This document shows, in pieces, positions 28,983 through 38,851 of a stretch of 64,000 bases of DNA (its first letter is position 1; each line of letters opens with the position of its first letter). The position numbers and the translations under genes are program-made. Source of the DNA: Ignavibacteria bacterium UBA2360. GTDB lineage: Bacteria; Bacteroidota; Ignavibacteria; Tepidaquicellales; OLB5. Where the stretch lies: positions 275,581 through 339,580 of the forward strand of contig DDTQ01000006.1 of assembly GCA_002344125.1 (NCBI GenBank). Reading direction: 5' to 3'. A model generated the notes under the pieces. The model made no database searches and had not been told where the DNA came from. It worked only from the letters and a program-made list of their open reading frames with translations.

Positions 28983-30356
28983 CTACTGATTTTTATCGTC
29001 TTTTTCGGGATTTTCTATGTTAAATTGCTTAATTTTGGTGTAAAGGTGGCTGCGCTGAATATCAAGCGCTTCTGCGGTTTTAGAAATGTTCCAGTTATTA
29101 TCTGTAAGCTTCCTTTCAATAAATATCTTCTCTGATATATCCTGAAAATCACGCAGCGTGCTTTCTGAATTTATAAGCTTATCCATTTCTGAATTGTATG
29201 ACCTGTTTTCAGCTTCAATGTTTTTCCTGTCGATAACATCTGAATCCGAAAGTATTATCAGTCTTTCAATTGTGTTCTTAAGCTCCCTTACATTTCCGGG
29301 CCATTTGAGCGAGCTTAAATACTCCAATGCTTTCGGAGTAAATGTTTTTTCAGGCATATCATTTTTAAGTGTGATCTCTTTCGTGAAGTGGCAAACAAGC
29401 TCCGGTATATCTTCTTTCCTGTTCCTTAAAGGCGGTAACACCAGCGTTAATACGTTTAGCCTGTGGAAAAGATCTTCCCTGAACCTGCCTTCGGCTATTA
29501 GTTCCGTAAGATTGCGGTTAGTTGAAGCAATCACCCTTACATCCACGGGAATGAAATTGCTGCTGCCCAGCGGCTCAATTTTATTTTCGCCAAGTACGTT
29601 AAGCAGTTTCCCCTGTGATTCCATACTAAGATCAGCTATCTCATCAAGGAAAAGCGTTCCCCTATCGGCCATTTCAAATCTGCCTATTCGCCTGCCGGGC
29701 GAAAATGAAAGATAACCTTCTACACAACCGAACAATTCTACTTCCAGAAGGTCTTTGGGTATAATAGCGCAGTTCAAATGAATGAAGGGCTTTTCTGCTC
29801 TGTCGCTCAGCTTATGTATCTGCTTCGCGGCAAGCTCTTTACCGGTGCCGTTTTCGCCGGTAATCAATACGCGGCTTGATGTGGAAGCAATTTTACTTAC
29901 CTGGTCCTTAAGCCTTCTCATTTCATCACTTGCCCCCAGAAACTCAGCTTCGGCATCGAATTTCTGCTTCATGCTCTCGTTTTCAGCAAGCAGCTTTTTG
30001 TAATTCAAACCATTCTGAATTGTTAATTTCAGTCTTTCAACATCAAAAGGTTTGGAAATGAAATCATATGCGCCAAGCTTTGTTGTCTGCACGGCTGTTT
30101 CTATGTTACCGTGGCCTGATATCATTATTACGATCGACTGCTTGTCGATCTTGCGGAGCTCCTGCAGTACTTCAATACCATCCATCTTCGGCATCCTGAT
30201 ATCAAGTAAAACCAGGTCAGGCGCGGTTTCTTTGAATTTCTCAATACCGGTGGGGCCGTTAAACGCCCTTTCGATCCTGAAGCCATCATGCTCAAGTATC
30301 ATTTTAAGGACATCTACAATGGCCTTATCGTCTTCAATGATCAAAATTGTATTCAT
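28983..30356 (-). CDS. NtrC-family response regulator (REC-AAA+-Fis HTH) with degenerate GAFTGA
   Basis: Receiver (LLDIRMP, ISKPF), Walker A GENGTGKE, Walker B LFLDE, FREDLFHRLN, WPGNVRELKN and C-terminal HTH; start re-called to ATG 30356. Confidence 0.92.
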   Translation of the reverse strand: MNTILIIEDDKAIVDVLKMILEHDGFRIERAFNGPTGIEKFKETAPDLVLLDIRMPKMDGIEVLQELRKIDKQSIVIMISGHGNIETAVQTTKLGAYDFISKPFDVERLKLTIQNGLNYKKLLAENESMKQKFDAEAEFLGASDEMRRLKDQVSKIASTSSRVLITGENGTGKELAAKQIHKLSDRAEKPFIHLNCAIIPKDLLEVELFGCVEGYLSFSPGRRIGRFEMADRGTLFLDEIADLSMESQGKLLNVLGENKIEPLGSSNFIPVDVRVIASTNRNLTELIAEGRFREDLFHRLNVLTLVLPPLRNRKEDIPELVCHFTKEITLKNDMPEKTFTPKALEYLSSLKWPGNVRELKNTIERLIILSDSDVIDRKNIEAENRSYNSEMDKLINSESTLRDFQDISEKIFIERKLTDNNWNISKTAEALDIQRSHLYTKIKQFNIENPEKDDKNQ

Positions 30357-30386
30357 ATTCAAATTAGTGAAACCTGAAGAGAATTT

Positions 30387-30932
30387 TCAGGTTGATTTCT
30401 GTTTCGGCGCGCCAGGTTCTTTCTTTTCGGGCATTATATATTCCCTGTACAATTCCTGCAGCCCCGGGAAATACTCAAGTATCTTATCAAACAAAGCGGG
30501 CGCCACTTTTGTAACAGTTCCGTATAGCAATGAGCTTTCCCTTGTCTCACGGGACGGAATATCAGCCACAGATAAGTTGTAAAGCAGCACGCTTGCCACA
30601 AGTAATCCCTGGAGGAATCCGATAACTGTACCCAATATCTTATCTATCAAACTTGTACCGGAATTCATATTGGCTATGAATCTCGCAAGCCATATTGATG
30701 CGCCGTAAACAATACCTATAATTACAAGGAAAGCCAGAACGTTAACAAATACCGGGTTTTCTTTGATAACCCCGGAAAGCAAACCTGCCACAGGTTCATA
30801 AAACTTGACGGCAAGAACAAACCCGAGGATTATTCCGGCTATGCCGAGAAGCTTCCTAAGGAAACCTTTTCGGAATCCGAAGAATGTTGGTAAAGTTACC
30901 AGTAAAACAATTATTATATCTAACCAGTTCAA
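30387..30932 (-). CDS. cvpA: CvpA family membrane protein
   Basis: NWLDIIIV..FFGFRKGF and DKILGTVIGFLQG motifs; start re-called to TTG 30932. Confidence 0.8.
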   Translation of the reverse strand: MNWLDIIIVLLVTLPTFFGFRKGFLRKLLGIAGIILGFVLAVKFYEPVAGLLSGVIKENPVFVNVLAFLVIIGIVYGASIWLARFIANMNSGTSLIDKILGTVIGFLQGLLVASVLLYNLSVADIPSRETRESSLLYGTVTKVAPALFDKILEYFPGLQELYREYIMPEKKEPGAPKQKST

Positions 30933-30953
30933 TGTTATGTTTCGGAAATAAAA

Positions 30954-30987
30954 AAACACAAAGCCTCATTTCTGAAACTTTGTGTTT
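30954..30987 (-). terminator. Probable terminator after the TPR gene
   Basis: AAACACAAAG...CTTTGTGTTT 10-bp stem. Confidence 0.6.
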
Positions 30988-31010
30988 GAAAGATCAATTA
31001 CAGAATTTTA

Positions 31011-31712
31011 TCAGTTCTTGAATTCAGATTCAAATCTTTTTGATTCATTGATGTACTTTGATTTTGGATATTGTTCTTTTAATTTAGCAAATACCCTTTT
31101 GGCGTTTTCTTTATCACCCGCGTTAGTAAATGAACGTACGGCATAGAACAGGTTTTCCTGATTTATAACTACGCTTTTATTTACATTTGCCGCTTTTTCA
31201 AAGTACTCGCCGGCCTTTTTCAGATCGCCCTTTGCTTCGTAAACCGCACCCATACCTGAAATACATGAAGATTTTATAATGTCATTATCGCCGCCGTAAT
31301 TATCAAACTGCTTTAACGCATTGTCATAATCTTTCATATTGAAATAACAGTTTCCAAGATACAGCTTGGCGGTTTCACCGCTTTCGGTGCTGCCGTACTG
31401 ATCGACAATGCTTGCAAGACCGGTGATATTTGCGGCCGGATCCCCGTTTATAGCTTCGGGATACTTGCCCTGCTCATACAATGTTATAACCGCTGAAAGT
31501 TTTACTTCGGCTTCTTCATTCTTAGCGCTCTTATTGCTGAAATAAAGGAATCCAACAACTACCAGGGCTATTAAAACACCAACTCCGATGTAAATCTTTT
31601 TCTTATTTTCGTCATTATCAAGCCAGTTCCTGGCTTCAAAATAACCCGTAACAAGTTTATCTTTCTTTAATTCTTTATGCGTTATCTTTTTTCGTGCTTT
31701 TAATGAAGACAT
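31011..31712 (-). CDS. Membrane-anchored TPR protein (YfgM-like)
   Basis: Basic N-terminus, single TM, then TPR helices (AKLYLGNCYFNMKDYDNAL); start re-called to ATG 31712. Confidence 0.8.
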   Translation of the reverse strand: MSSLKARKKITHKELKKDKLVTGYFEARNWLDNDENKKKIYIGVGVLIALVVVGFLYFSNKSAKNEEAEVKLSAVITLYEQGKYPEAINGDPAANITGLASIVDQYGSTESGETAKLYLGNCYFNMKDYDNALKQFDNYGGDNDIIKSSCISGMGAVYEAKGDLKKAGEYFEKAANVNKSVVINQENLFYAVRSFTNAGDKENAKRVFAKLKEQYPKSKYINESKRFESEFKN

Positions 31713-31759
31713 CAAAAAACCTTTCTTAAAAAATGTAGTATTCCTGTGATTACAAACGA

Positions 31760-31790
31760 CAAATATAGGCAAAAAATAGCAATTATTCAA
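31760..31790 (-). promoter_or_regulatory. Putative promoter TTG-N20-TATATTTG
   Basis: Minus-strand TTG at 31790-31788, 20-nt spacer, TATATTTG at 31767-31760. Confidence 0.65.
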
Positions 31791-31834
31791 AGAAAATATT
31801 ACTGTATAATCCTCTGTAACGGCATATTATTACT

Positions 31835-32875
31835 TTACCTGAAAAATGTTCTGGCTACATCGTAGAAATCGTCGCCAACCAACTTCAGATCTTTTACAGC
31901 CTCTTCGATCGGAATATCTATAATTTCTGTTCCGCGAAGCGCAGCCATCCGGCCAAACTTTCCATCTTTAACCATTTCAACGGCGTGAACGCCAAACCTG
32001 CTGCCCAGTACCCTGTCATAAGCTGTTGGTGAACCGCCTCTCTGTATATGACCAAGTATTGTCGCACGGGTTTCTACACCGGTTTTCTTTTCAATGATCT
32101 CTGCCAACAGGTTAGCTATCCCACCAAGCCTTACATGCCCGAAAGCATCAAGTTTTTGGTCCTGTAATACCATCTCGGAATTCTTCTGATCTGATTCGCT
32201 TATTTTCGCTCCTTCAGCCACGACTATGATAGAAAATGTTCGGCCGCGTTTTTCCCGGTCATCCATTACCTTTATGACTTCATCCAGTTTTATTTCTTTT
32301 TCAGGTATTAAGATAAGGTCCGCTCCGCCTGCAATGCCTGCGTGCATTGCTATCCAGCCGGCATGCCTGCCCATTACTTCAATTATCATAGCGCGGTGAT
32401 GTGATTCCGCGGTCGTATGTATCCTGTCTATGGCATCCATTGCAATATTTACTGCAGTATCAAAACCAAATGTGTAATCAGTTCCGTTCAGGTCGTTATC
32501 AATGGTTTTCGGAACGCCCACAACTTTAAATCCCGTTTTAGCAAGCTTGTTCGCAACGCCAAGCGTATCCTCGCCACCGATTGCTATCAGCGCATCAAGA
32601 CCAAGTTTCTTTGCGTTATCAATCACTTTTTGCTCGCCGCCATCGCTCTTATAGGGATTTGTTCTTGAAGTACCAAGAATCGTTCCGCCTTTTTGTAGAA
32701 TTCCGGAAACCGCGTTCATATCCAGCGGCCTCGTATATATATCCATCAGCCCCTTCCAGCCGTTTTCAATTCCAATGCATTCCCATCCGTATGTCAGTGA
32801 TTTCCTGACTATTGCTCTTATTACAGCGTTCAGACCCGGGCAATCTCCCCCGCCGGTCAACATTCCAATTTTCAT
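31835..32875 (-). CDS. pfkA: 6-phosphofructokinase (group III type; ATP or PPi donor not resolved)
   Basis: TGGGDCPGLN, GTILGTSR, GGEDT, PKTIDND, EVMGRHAG and LGHIQRGG motifs. Confidence 0.93.
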   Translation of the reverse strand: MKIGMLTGGGDCPGLNAVIRAIVRKSLTYGWECIGIENGWKGLMDIYTRPLDMNAVSGILQKGGTILGTSRTNPYKSDGGEQKVIDNAKKLGLDALIAIGGEDTLGVANKLAKTGFKVVGVPKTIDNDLNGTDYTFGFDTAVNIAMDAIDRIHTTAESHHRAMIIEVMGRHAGWIAMHAGIAGGADLILIPEKEIKLDEVIKVMDDREKRGRTFSIIVVAEGAKISESDQKNSEMVLQDQKLDAFGHVRLGGIANLLAEIIEKKTGVETRATILGHIQRGGSPTAYDRVLGSRFGVHAVEMVKDGKFGRMAALRGTEIIDIPIEEAVKDLKLVGDDFYDVARTFFR

Positions 32876-32880
32876 TTATT

Positions 32881-34077
32881 TTAGCTCTCCTGTACTTGTA
32901 ATATATTTAAAAATAATTCTGGTTTTAATGCTTTCCTTATTTCCATGTAAACTTCATCAGATGTGATCTCCTTCATGCATGTTGGCATATTACAGCCATA
33001 GTCGTGTCCAAGGTATAAACAGGGTGAGCAGTATTTACTGCTCTGAATTGTAACTGCCTTCTTGTTGTATGCGCCCCATTTAACCGGGTTTGTTGGTCCA
33101 TGCAGTCCGATAGTTCTTGTACCCACGCAAGTACTTACGTGCAATATACCTGTATTGCTGCAAAGCATCAGCTTTGCTCGCTCTACAAGCGCCGCTGATT
33201 GCTCAAGGGTAAAATGACCTGCTGTGTTGATGGAAAAATCCTTTAAAGCCTCATGCAGCGGGTCACATAAATACTTCTCAAAATTTGTACCTGTTATGAT
33301 TATAACTATATTTTTGTCTGAATCATGGAGCCGCTTACCTGTATTGATGTAATTTTCCAGCGCCCACTCCCTGGGCCTGCCGTTTTCTCCGCATCCCGGA
33401 TGGAAACATATCACGGTTTTATCCTCAAGGTTGTGTTCTTTCCAGAATTCATCACGGAATTTTCTGTGTTCAGGCTTAAGGAAAAATTCAAGCTGCAGTT
33501 CATCAAAGTCATATTCGCCGCTTACCGGAACGATACCTAAAGGTATCATCAGATCCATAAAATTCTCAACTTCATGTTTGGTTCTGCTGTGGGCTATCAC
33601 TGCATCATTAACAACATGCTTCCACTGCCCTTTTGTTCTGAAACCAATTGAATAGTCTCTTCGTGTAAAAATTGTTATAAGTGAGTTGATTCTTTCCCAT
33701 TGACCCGCGTCAATTACTACTTCATACTTGGTCTTGCGCAATTCCTTCACAAATCTGTAAAAATTTACCGGATTTTTGAGAAAATCATATACCCTGCAAT
33801 TAATTATCCTGTCAACATACGGTATTTTCTGAATTACAGATAGGTTTATATCACTGCACATAAAGGTTATTTTCGCATTTGGGAATGAATTTTTAAGCTT
33901 TCTTAAGGTCGGGATAAGCAAAATACCATCGCCAATAGCAGCAAGTTTTATAAATAAAATATTCTGTATATCTTCTATAGGTAAGCGTCTTTTTCTCCTT
34001 GTGAATAAAGCCAAAAAAAGCACAAGGGGTATCCCTAAATATCTGTCAAAAAACCTGAAGATCTTTTTTCTACGCAT
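32881..34077 (-). CDS. Glycosyltransferase family 9 (heptosyltransferase-like)
   Basis: KLAAIGD.IL..P, CFHPG...REW, CSNTGILHV and GLHGPTNP motifs. Confidence 0.88.
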   Translation of the reverse strand: MRRKKIFRFFDRYLGIPLVLFLALFTRRKRRLPIEDIQNILFIKLAAIGDGILLIPTLRKLKNSFPNAKITFMCSDINLSVIQKIPYVDRIINCRVYDFLKNPVNFYRFVKELRKTKYEVVIDAGQWERINSLITIFTRRDYSIGFRTKGQWKHVVNDAVIAHSRTKHEVENFMDLMIPLGIVPVSGEYDFDELQLEFFLKPEHRKFRDEFWKEHNLEDKTVICFHPGCGENGRPREWALENYINTGKRLHDSDKNIVIIITGTNFEKYLCDPLHEALKDFSINTAGHFTLEQSAALVERAKLMLCSNTGILHVSTCVGTRTIGLHGPTNPVKWGAYNKKAVTIQSSKYCSPCLYLGHDYGCNMPTCMKEITSDEVYMEIRKALKPELFLNILQVQES

Positions 34078-34203
34078 CTGTACTTGAAAGATAATTAAAT
34101 ATATATTTTATATCAATTCAGCTATCTATATTTACAACCTGAAATTCGTTTTTACGTTCCAATAAGCATTTTTTATTATTATTTTGTAACTAAAAATAAC
34201 TGA

Positions 34204-34605
34204 ATGATATCTAAACCACAGAAAAACAAGCTGATAAATGCGGCTTTAAAAGTAATTAAGAATTCACATTCTCCTCATTCCGGTTTTAAAGTAGGTTCCG
34301 CGCTGCTCAGCAGCAAAGGAAAGATATATTCGGGAACAAATGTTGAATTTGACGCTTTTACTCTAACGGTCTGCGCAGAGCGCTCCGCCTTATTCAATGC
34401 AATTTCAGGCGGGGAGAAAAAATATTTAGCAATTGCTGTGGCAACAAGTTCAAAAGAATTCATCTATCCCTGCGGCTTATGCCGGCAGGCATTGGTTGAG
34501 TTCAACCCTAATTTAGAAGTGATATTAATTACAAAAGATAAAAAAACTAAGAGCTTTATTTTAAAAGATATTATTCCAAATTATTTCAAGTTAAATACAG
34601 TATAA
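34204..34605 (+). CDS. cdd: Cytidine deaminase (homotetrameric type)
   Basis: SPHSGFKVGSAL, CAERSA and PCGLCRQ zinc motifs. Confidence 0.93.
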   Translation: MISKPQKNKLINAALKVIKNSHSPHSGFKVGSALLSSKGKIYSGTNVEFDAFTLTVCAERSALFNAISGGEKKYLAIAVATSSKEFIYPCGLCRQALVEFNPNLEVILITKDKKTKSFILKDIIPNYFKLNTV

Positions 34606-34617
34606 AGAAAGTGTAGT

Positions 34618-35184
34618 ATGTACGATATTGAAAACAAGAAAATGATGGGGCAAATTGAAGTAATCTGCGGCAGTATGTTCAGTGGAAAAACTGAAGAACT
34701 CATCAGACGGCTAAGAAGGGCTCAAATTGCAAAACAGAGGGTGGAGATTTTCAAGCCTAAGATCGATAACCGGTACAGCGAAAGCGACATAGTTTCGCAC
34801 AGTGAACAAAAAATACCAAGTACAGTGGTTGAAACCGCTGAACAGATTCTGCTTTTTTCTGCGGAAGCCGATGTAATTGGTGTTGATGAAGCACAATTCT
34901 TTGATTCATACCTAGTTGAGGTATGCCAGAAGCTGGCCGCACAGGGAAAAAGAGTGATTGTTGCGGGTCTTGATACCGATTACCGCGCGATACCGTTTGA
35001 ACCCATGCCGCAATTGCTTGCAATTGCGGAGTATATCACCAAAACCCTTGCAATCTGCATGAAATGCGGCGCTCCCGCTAATCGTACTCAACGAATATCA
35101 AACACGGGAGATAGAGTCCTTGTAGGCGCTACTGACCTGTATGAAGCCCGCTGCCGCAGCTGCTACGAAGAGCCGGTGGATTAA
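34618..35184 (+). CDS. tdk: Thymidine kinase
   Basis: [24 protein letters not shown] and C-terminal Cys zinc motifs. Confidence 0.96.
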   Translation: MYDIENKKMMGQIEVICGSMFSGKTEELIRRLRRAQIAKQRVEIFKPKIDNRYSESDIVSHSEQKIPSTVVETAEQILLFSAEADVIGVDEAQFFDSYLVEVCQKLAAQGKRVIVAGLDTDYRAIPFEPMPQLLAIAEYITKTLAICMKCGAPANRTQRISNTGDRVLVGATDLYEARCRSCYEEPVD

Positions 35185-35215
35185 GGATTTAAGAACTATA
35201 AGTTATATTTATACT

Positions 35216-35703
35216 TATCATAATAATTGTTAAAAAAGTAATAATCTTTAATCAAACCGAAGAGCAAAACTCCCCTCCAAAGGAGGGGCTTGAAAGGTCA
35301 TATTTAAAGTACGTACAAATAAAAAGGTTGATTCAAGATTATAGAGAATACAATTCTATTTTTATAAATGTAATTTGATATTTTAATTATGATTGCTGAA
35401 TATGGCCCAACTCAAAAAACGACCTCCCCAACCCCTCCAAAGGAGGGGCTTGAAAGGCAACAGCTTTAAATAAATAGCTGGTACTTTGATAAAACTGGAT
35501 AACGATTCATCTAAAAAAATCGACCTCCCCCCCCCCCCCCCTAAAGGAGTGGCTTCAGAAGCAGAGAACGGTACTTGAATAGGGATTTTAAAAACACTGA
35601 GTTAATATTTAAATATATCATAATAATTGTTAAAAAAGTAATAATCTTTGATCAAACCGAAGAGCAAAACTCCCCTCCTTTGGAGGGGCTGGGGGAGGTC
35701 ATT
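35216..35703. repeat. ~86-bp direct repeat (35216-35301, 35616-35703) with four CCCCTCC-NNN-GGAGGGG hairpin copies and a 15-C run
   Basis: The copies are offset by exactly 400 nt with one mismatch in the first 63 nt; extra hairpin copies near 35422-35458 and 35522-35555; poly-C at 35527-35541. Confidence 0.9.
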
Positions 35704-36218
35704 TGAATAAAACCATCACTTCATTCGGTACAGCGTTCATCGATCCGGTTGAACCTCTATATTCCGAAATTGTAGAAATAGGCAAATACATTGCCCAAGC
35801 GGGTTATAATACTTACTGCGGTGGTTACAGCGGTTCAATGGAAGCTATTAGTAAGGGGGCTACCTTAGCCGGAGGCTATACAGTTGGAATCGGTGTTAAG
35901 GGAAATAGCTCCAAACCAAATGGGTACCTAAAAGAATTTATCCCTGCTGAAAACCTGATGGAACGCATCATGATGCTTATAACTAAGGCTGATGCTTATG
36001 TCATTTTCCGAGGCGGCACCGGTACACTTCTGGAAATTTCAGCAGCTCTGGAATTAATGAACAAAAACGCTATGCGTGAAAAGAAAATGGTATTTTATAC
36101 AGATTTCTGGAAAAATATGATTGAAACATTAAAACAGGATAGCGAAAGATTACAAAGTTTGATCGAACGAAACGTGATCTTTGTATCTGCACCGGGTGAG
36201 TTAAGTAAATATATTTAA
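35703..36218 (+). CDS. LOG/Rossmann-fold (TIGR00725/00730-like) protein
   Basis: GGYSGSMEAISKGA, LMERIMML and FRGGTGTLLEI motifs. Confidence 0.85.
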   Translation: MNKTITSFGTAFIDPVEPLYSEIVEIGKYIAQAGYNTYCGGYSGSMEAISKGATLAGGYTVGIGVKGNSSKPNGYLKEFIPAENLMERIMMLITKADAYVIFRGGTGTLLEISAALELMNKNAMREKKMVFYTDFWKNMIETLKQDSERLQSLIERNVIFVSAPGELSKYI

Positions 36219-36291
36219 TCAACTTCAGAACTGAAACAATCAAATCTTTGTTGAATATGATACAAATTTTAATAACTAAAATAAGGAAAAT

Positions 36292-36921
36292 ATGAAAAAA
36301 TCTACACAAGTTTTCGCTTTTTTATTGCTGGCGTGGAGTTTTAATACATTCGCCACTACATGGAATGTAAATGTGCAGAATTTCTCTTTTTCACCGGCAA
36401 ATCTGCCTAACGTATTTGTAGGAGATACAATTAAATGGACCTGGATAAACGGAGATCATCATACCACTACTTCTGCTACCATACCCCAGGGCGCAGCAAC
36501 TTGGGACGCTCCCCTGCATTCAGGTAACCAGGTATTTTCTTATGTTGTAACCGTTGCAGGAAGCTATCATTATGTTTGTACTCCTCACTTTCCGGGTATG
36601 GAAGGCGACTTTACAGCAAACATAATCGGTATATCGCAGATAGGAAGTGAAGTTCCGGTTAAATACAGTTTGCTGCAGAACTATCCAAATCCGTTTAACC
36701 CTGTTACAAACATAGAATTCAGTGTACCAAAAGCTTCATTTGTAAAACTCACAGTAATGAACTTCCTGGGACAGCAAGTCGGCTCGCTTGTAAATGAACA
36801 GCTTGCCGCAGGAAATTACAGGTATGACTGGAATGCTTCTGATTTGCCAAGCGGCACTTACTTTTATAGACTTGAAACTGCTGAATTTTCTGAAACCAAA
36901 AAGATGATATTAATAAAGTAA
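36292..36921 (+). CDS. Cupredoxin (plastocyanin/azurin-like) domain plus T9SS CTD
   Basis: FSFSPANL..VGDTIKW, HTTTS, Y.C.PH.PGM type-1 copper ligand pattern; QNYPNPFNP CTD. Confidence 0.88.
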   Translation: MKKSTQVFAFLLLAWSFNTFATTWNVNVQNFSFSPANLPNVFVGDTIKWTWINGDHHTTTSATIPQGAATWDAPLHSGNQVFSYVVTVAGSYHYVCTPHFPGMEGDFTANIIGISQIGSEVPVKYSLLQNYPNPFNPVTNIEFSVPKASFVKLTVMNFLGQQVGSLVNEQLAAGNYRYDWNASDLPSGTYFYRLETAEFSETKKMILIK

Positions 36922-36943
36922 AGAGTTTTGGCAATTACTTATT

Positions 36944-36981
36944 AAAAAAAACACCGTGAATATTTTCATGGTGTTTTTTTT
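36944..36981. terminator. Bidirectional terminator
   Basis: A-tract-CACCGTGAA...TTCATGGTG-T-tract. Confidence 0.75.
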
Positions 36982-37087
36982 ATAGAAATTTCTTCATTTC
37001 TGAACTATTCATAAACACCAAATTATCAATTTACTTTCATTTGTAAGTTTTTAGAATTAAATTAGATAAATACCGGGAGGAAAAGTT

Positions 37088-38365
37088 ATGATAAAAGTAC
37101 TTACATTTTTAGTCTCAGTTATATTACTTCTTAATGTATCATTCGTAAATTCTCAATGGGTTGAGCTGAATTCCGGTGTTTCCTCAAGGCTTAACTCACT
37201 CTCCTCAATTAAGGATCTTACAACGTGGGCCTGCGGAGCAGGCGGGACTGTTATCAAAAGCAGTAATATGGGTGATTCCTGGTCAAACGCAAACTCAGGC
37301 GAAATTCCTGTAAGCGCTAATTTGAATCACATTTTCTGTCTGGATGAAAACACTGTAATGATACTTGGCAACGATCAAAATGCGACGAAACTATACTATA
37401 CGGCTGATGGAGGAAATTCCTGGAGTGTTAAACATCAGCAGCCATCCTGCAAATTTAATGCTCTGCATTTCATTGATCTTAACACAGGCATCTTGGTTGG
37501 CGATCCGGTGGGCGGAAGATGGTCAATTTGGAAAACTTTCAATGGTGGATCTACATGGGATTCAACGGGCTGTTACTTGCCGCAAAACGGAAATGAGAAA
37601 GGCTTTGCAAATGCACTTTGGGCTACCGGAAATAATATCTGGTTCGGTACGGATAATTTCAAAGTATATAAATCGACTAATTTTGCAGCAAGCTGGCAGT
37701 TTCAGTCAACCGGAACTGAGAAGAAGTCGGCATCCTTATGGTTCGATTTCGATTTCAATATAGGACTAACTGGAGACCAAAGTTTAATAAGGACTTTGAA
37801 CTACGGTAACACATGGTATCCGGAATCCTTACCCGGAAGCGGAAATATAATAAGTGTTACAGGCAGCGCCCACAACAGGTTTAACTGGGCTATCAAAAGC
37901 GATAATAATATCTACCTGAACCCTCACAACAGTAACACGTGGATTTATGATTATTCAGCGCCTGACGGGAATTATACTTACATAACCATAGAACGGAACG
38001 GGTACTTCAGCGGAGCGGTTTTTGCGCTGAGAGATAACGGCGGTATTTCGAGGACCTATTTCCTTTCACTTGGAATAAATACTATTTCATCGAATATTCC
38101 AAAGGATTATAAGCTGTATCAGAACTATCCTAATCCTTTTAATCCTGTAACTAAGTTCAGGTTTGATGTTAAAAAAGCCGGGAATGTTGAGTTGGTTATT
38201 TATGATAATACAGGAAAGTTAACAGAGAAACTTGTGAGCGGAACCATGGCACCGGGTACGTATGAAATTGACTGGGATGCCTCCAAATTCTCAAGCGGAA
38301 TATATTTCTGTAAATTTTCGGCAGGTAATTTCAGCGCATCAAGCAAAATGATACTCGTGAAGTAA
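37088..38365 (+). CDS. BNR/YCF48-like beta-propeller protein with T9SS CTD
   Basis: Repeated S/T.D/N.G.SW boxes; QNYPNPFNP CTD. Confidence 0.85.
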   Translation: MIKVLTFLVSVILLLNVSFVNSQWVELNSGVSSRLNSLSSIKDLTTWACGAGGTVIKSSNMGDSWSNANSGEIPVSANLNHIFCLDENTVMILGNDQNATKLYYTADGGNSWSVKHQQPSCKFNALHFIDLNTGILVGDPVGGRWSIWKTFNGGSTWDSTGCYLPQNGNEKGFANALWATGNNIWFGTDNFKVYKSTNFAASWQFQSTGTEKKSASLWFDFDFNIGLTGDQSLIRTLNYGNTWYPESLPGSGNIISVTGSAHNRFNWAIKSDNNIYLNPHNSNTWIYDYSAPDGNYTYITIERNGYFSGAVFALRDNGGISRTYFLSLGINTISSNIPKDYKLYQNYPNPFNPVTKFRFDVKKAGNVELVIYDNTGKLTEKLVSGTMAPGTYEIDWDASKFSSGIYFCKFSAGNFSASSKMILVK

Positions 38366-38376
38366 AATTGTAAAAC

Positions 38377-38423
38377 AACCTTAAAGAAATCGTGGAATTT
38401 GTATGAATGATTTCTTCAAGGTT
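38377..38423. terminator. Imperfect inverted repeat at the cassette boundary
   Basis: AACCTTAAAGAAATCG versus the reverse complement of TGATTTCTTCAAGGTT (14/16). Confidence 0.55.
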
Positions 38424-38452
38424 ATTAAAAATGTTTATATACTTCATCCGAA

Positions 38453-38851
38453 TTATTTTGAAACATTGAATTTATTCTCCACGACATTTTCACCAGTATT
38501 AGTCAAAACATAAGCCTTCATTCCATCTTTTTTTTCCTTCGCCTCCATTAAAAGTCCCTTCTTAACTAGCATGAAGAATTTGTATGCCAAGTTATCTTTA
38601 GGTACAGTTTCTTTTGCCTCTCTGTAGCCATCTTCCAGGTCTGAAACATTCATTGAATTAAGACCTTGATGTTTCTCAAGATAATAACAAATAGTTGCTG
38701 CTTTCTGAATGTCTTTTTGAGGATTTATTTCCAAGAAAAACTCTCTAAGAGATTGTTGTTTATGTATCTTAGCAGGTTTTTCAGCCAAAAGAGATTCTAA
38801 ATCATTAACCCTAACTTCTAAATCTGCAATTCTTTTTTCAATGTCTAGCAC
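38453..38851 (-). CDS. Hypothetical protein, coiled coil plus winged-helix-like domain (cassette gene D)
   Basis: N-terminal heptads (IADLEVRVNDLESLL); C-terminal L.KKGLL.E....D....YVLTNTGENVV wing motif; GTG start abuts the upstream TAA. Confidence 0.65.
   Translation of the reverse strand: MLDIEKRIADLEVRVNDLESLLAEKPAKIHKQQSLREFFLEINPQKDIQKAATICYYLEKHQGLNSMNVSDLEDGYREAKETVPKDNLAYKFFMLVKKGLLMEAKEKKDGMKAYVLTNTGENVVENKFNVSK

Noticed and set aside
35527-35541. Classical phase-variation tract
   Set aside because: The C15 run lies inside a REP hairpin copy, 160 nt from the nearest start and not in a CDS or recognisable promoter spacer; homopolymer error is equally likely.
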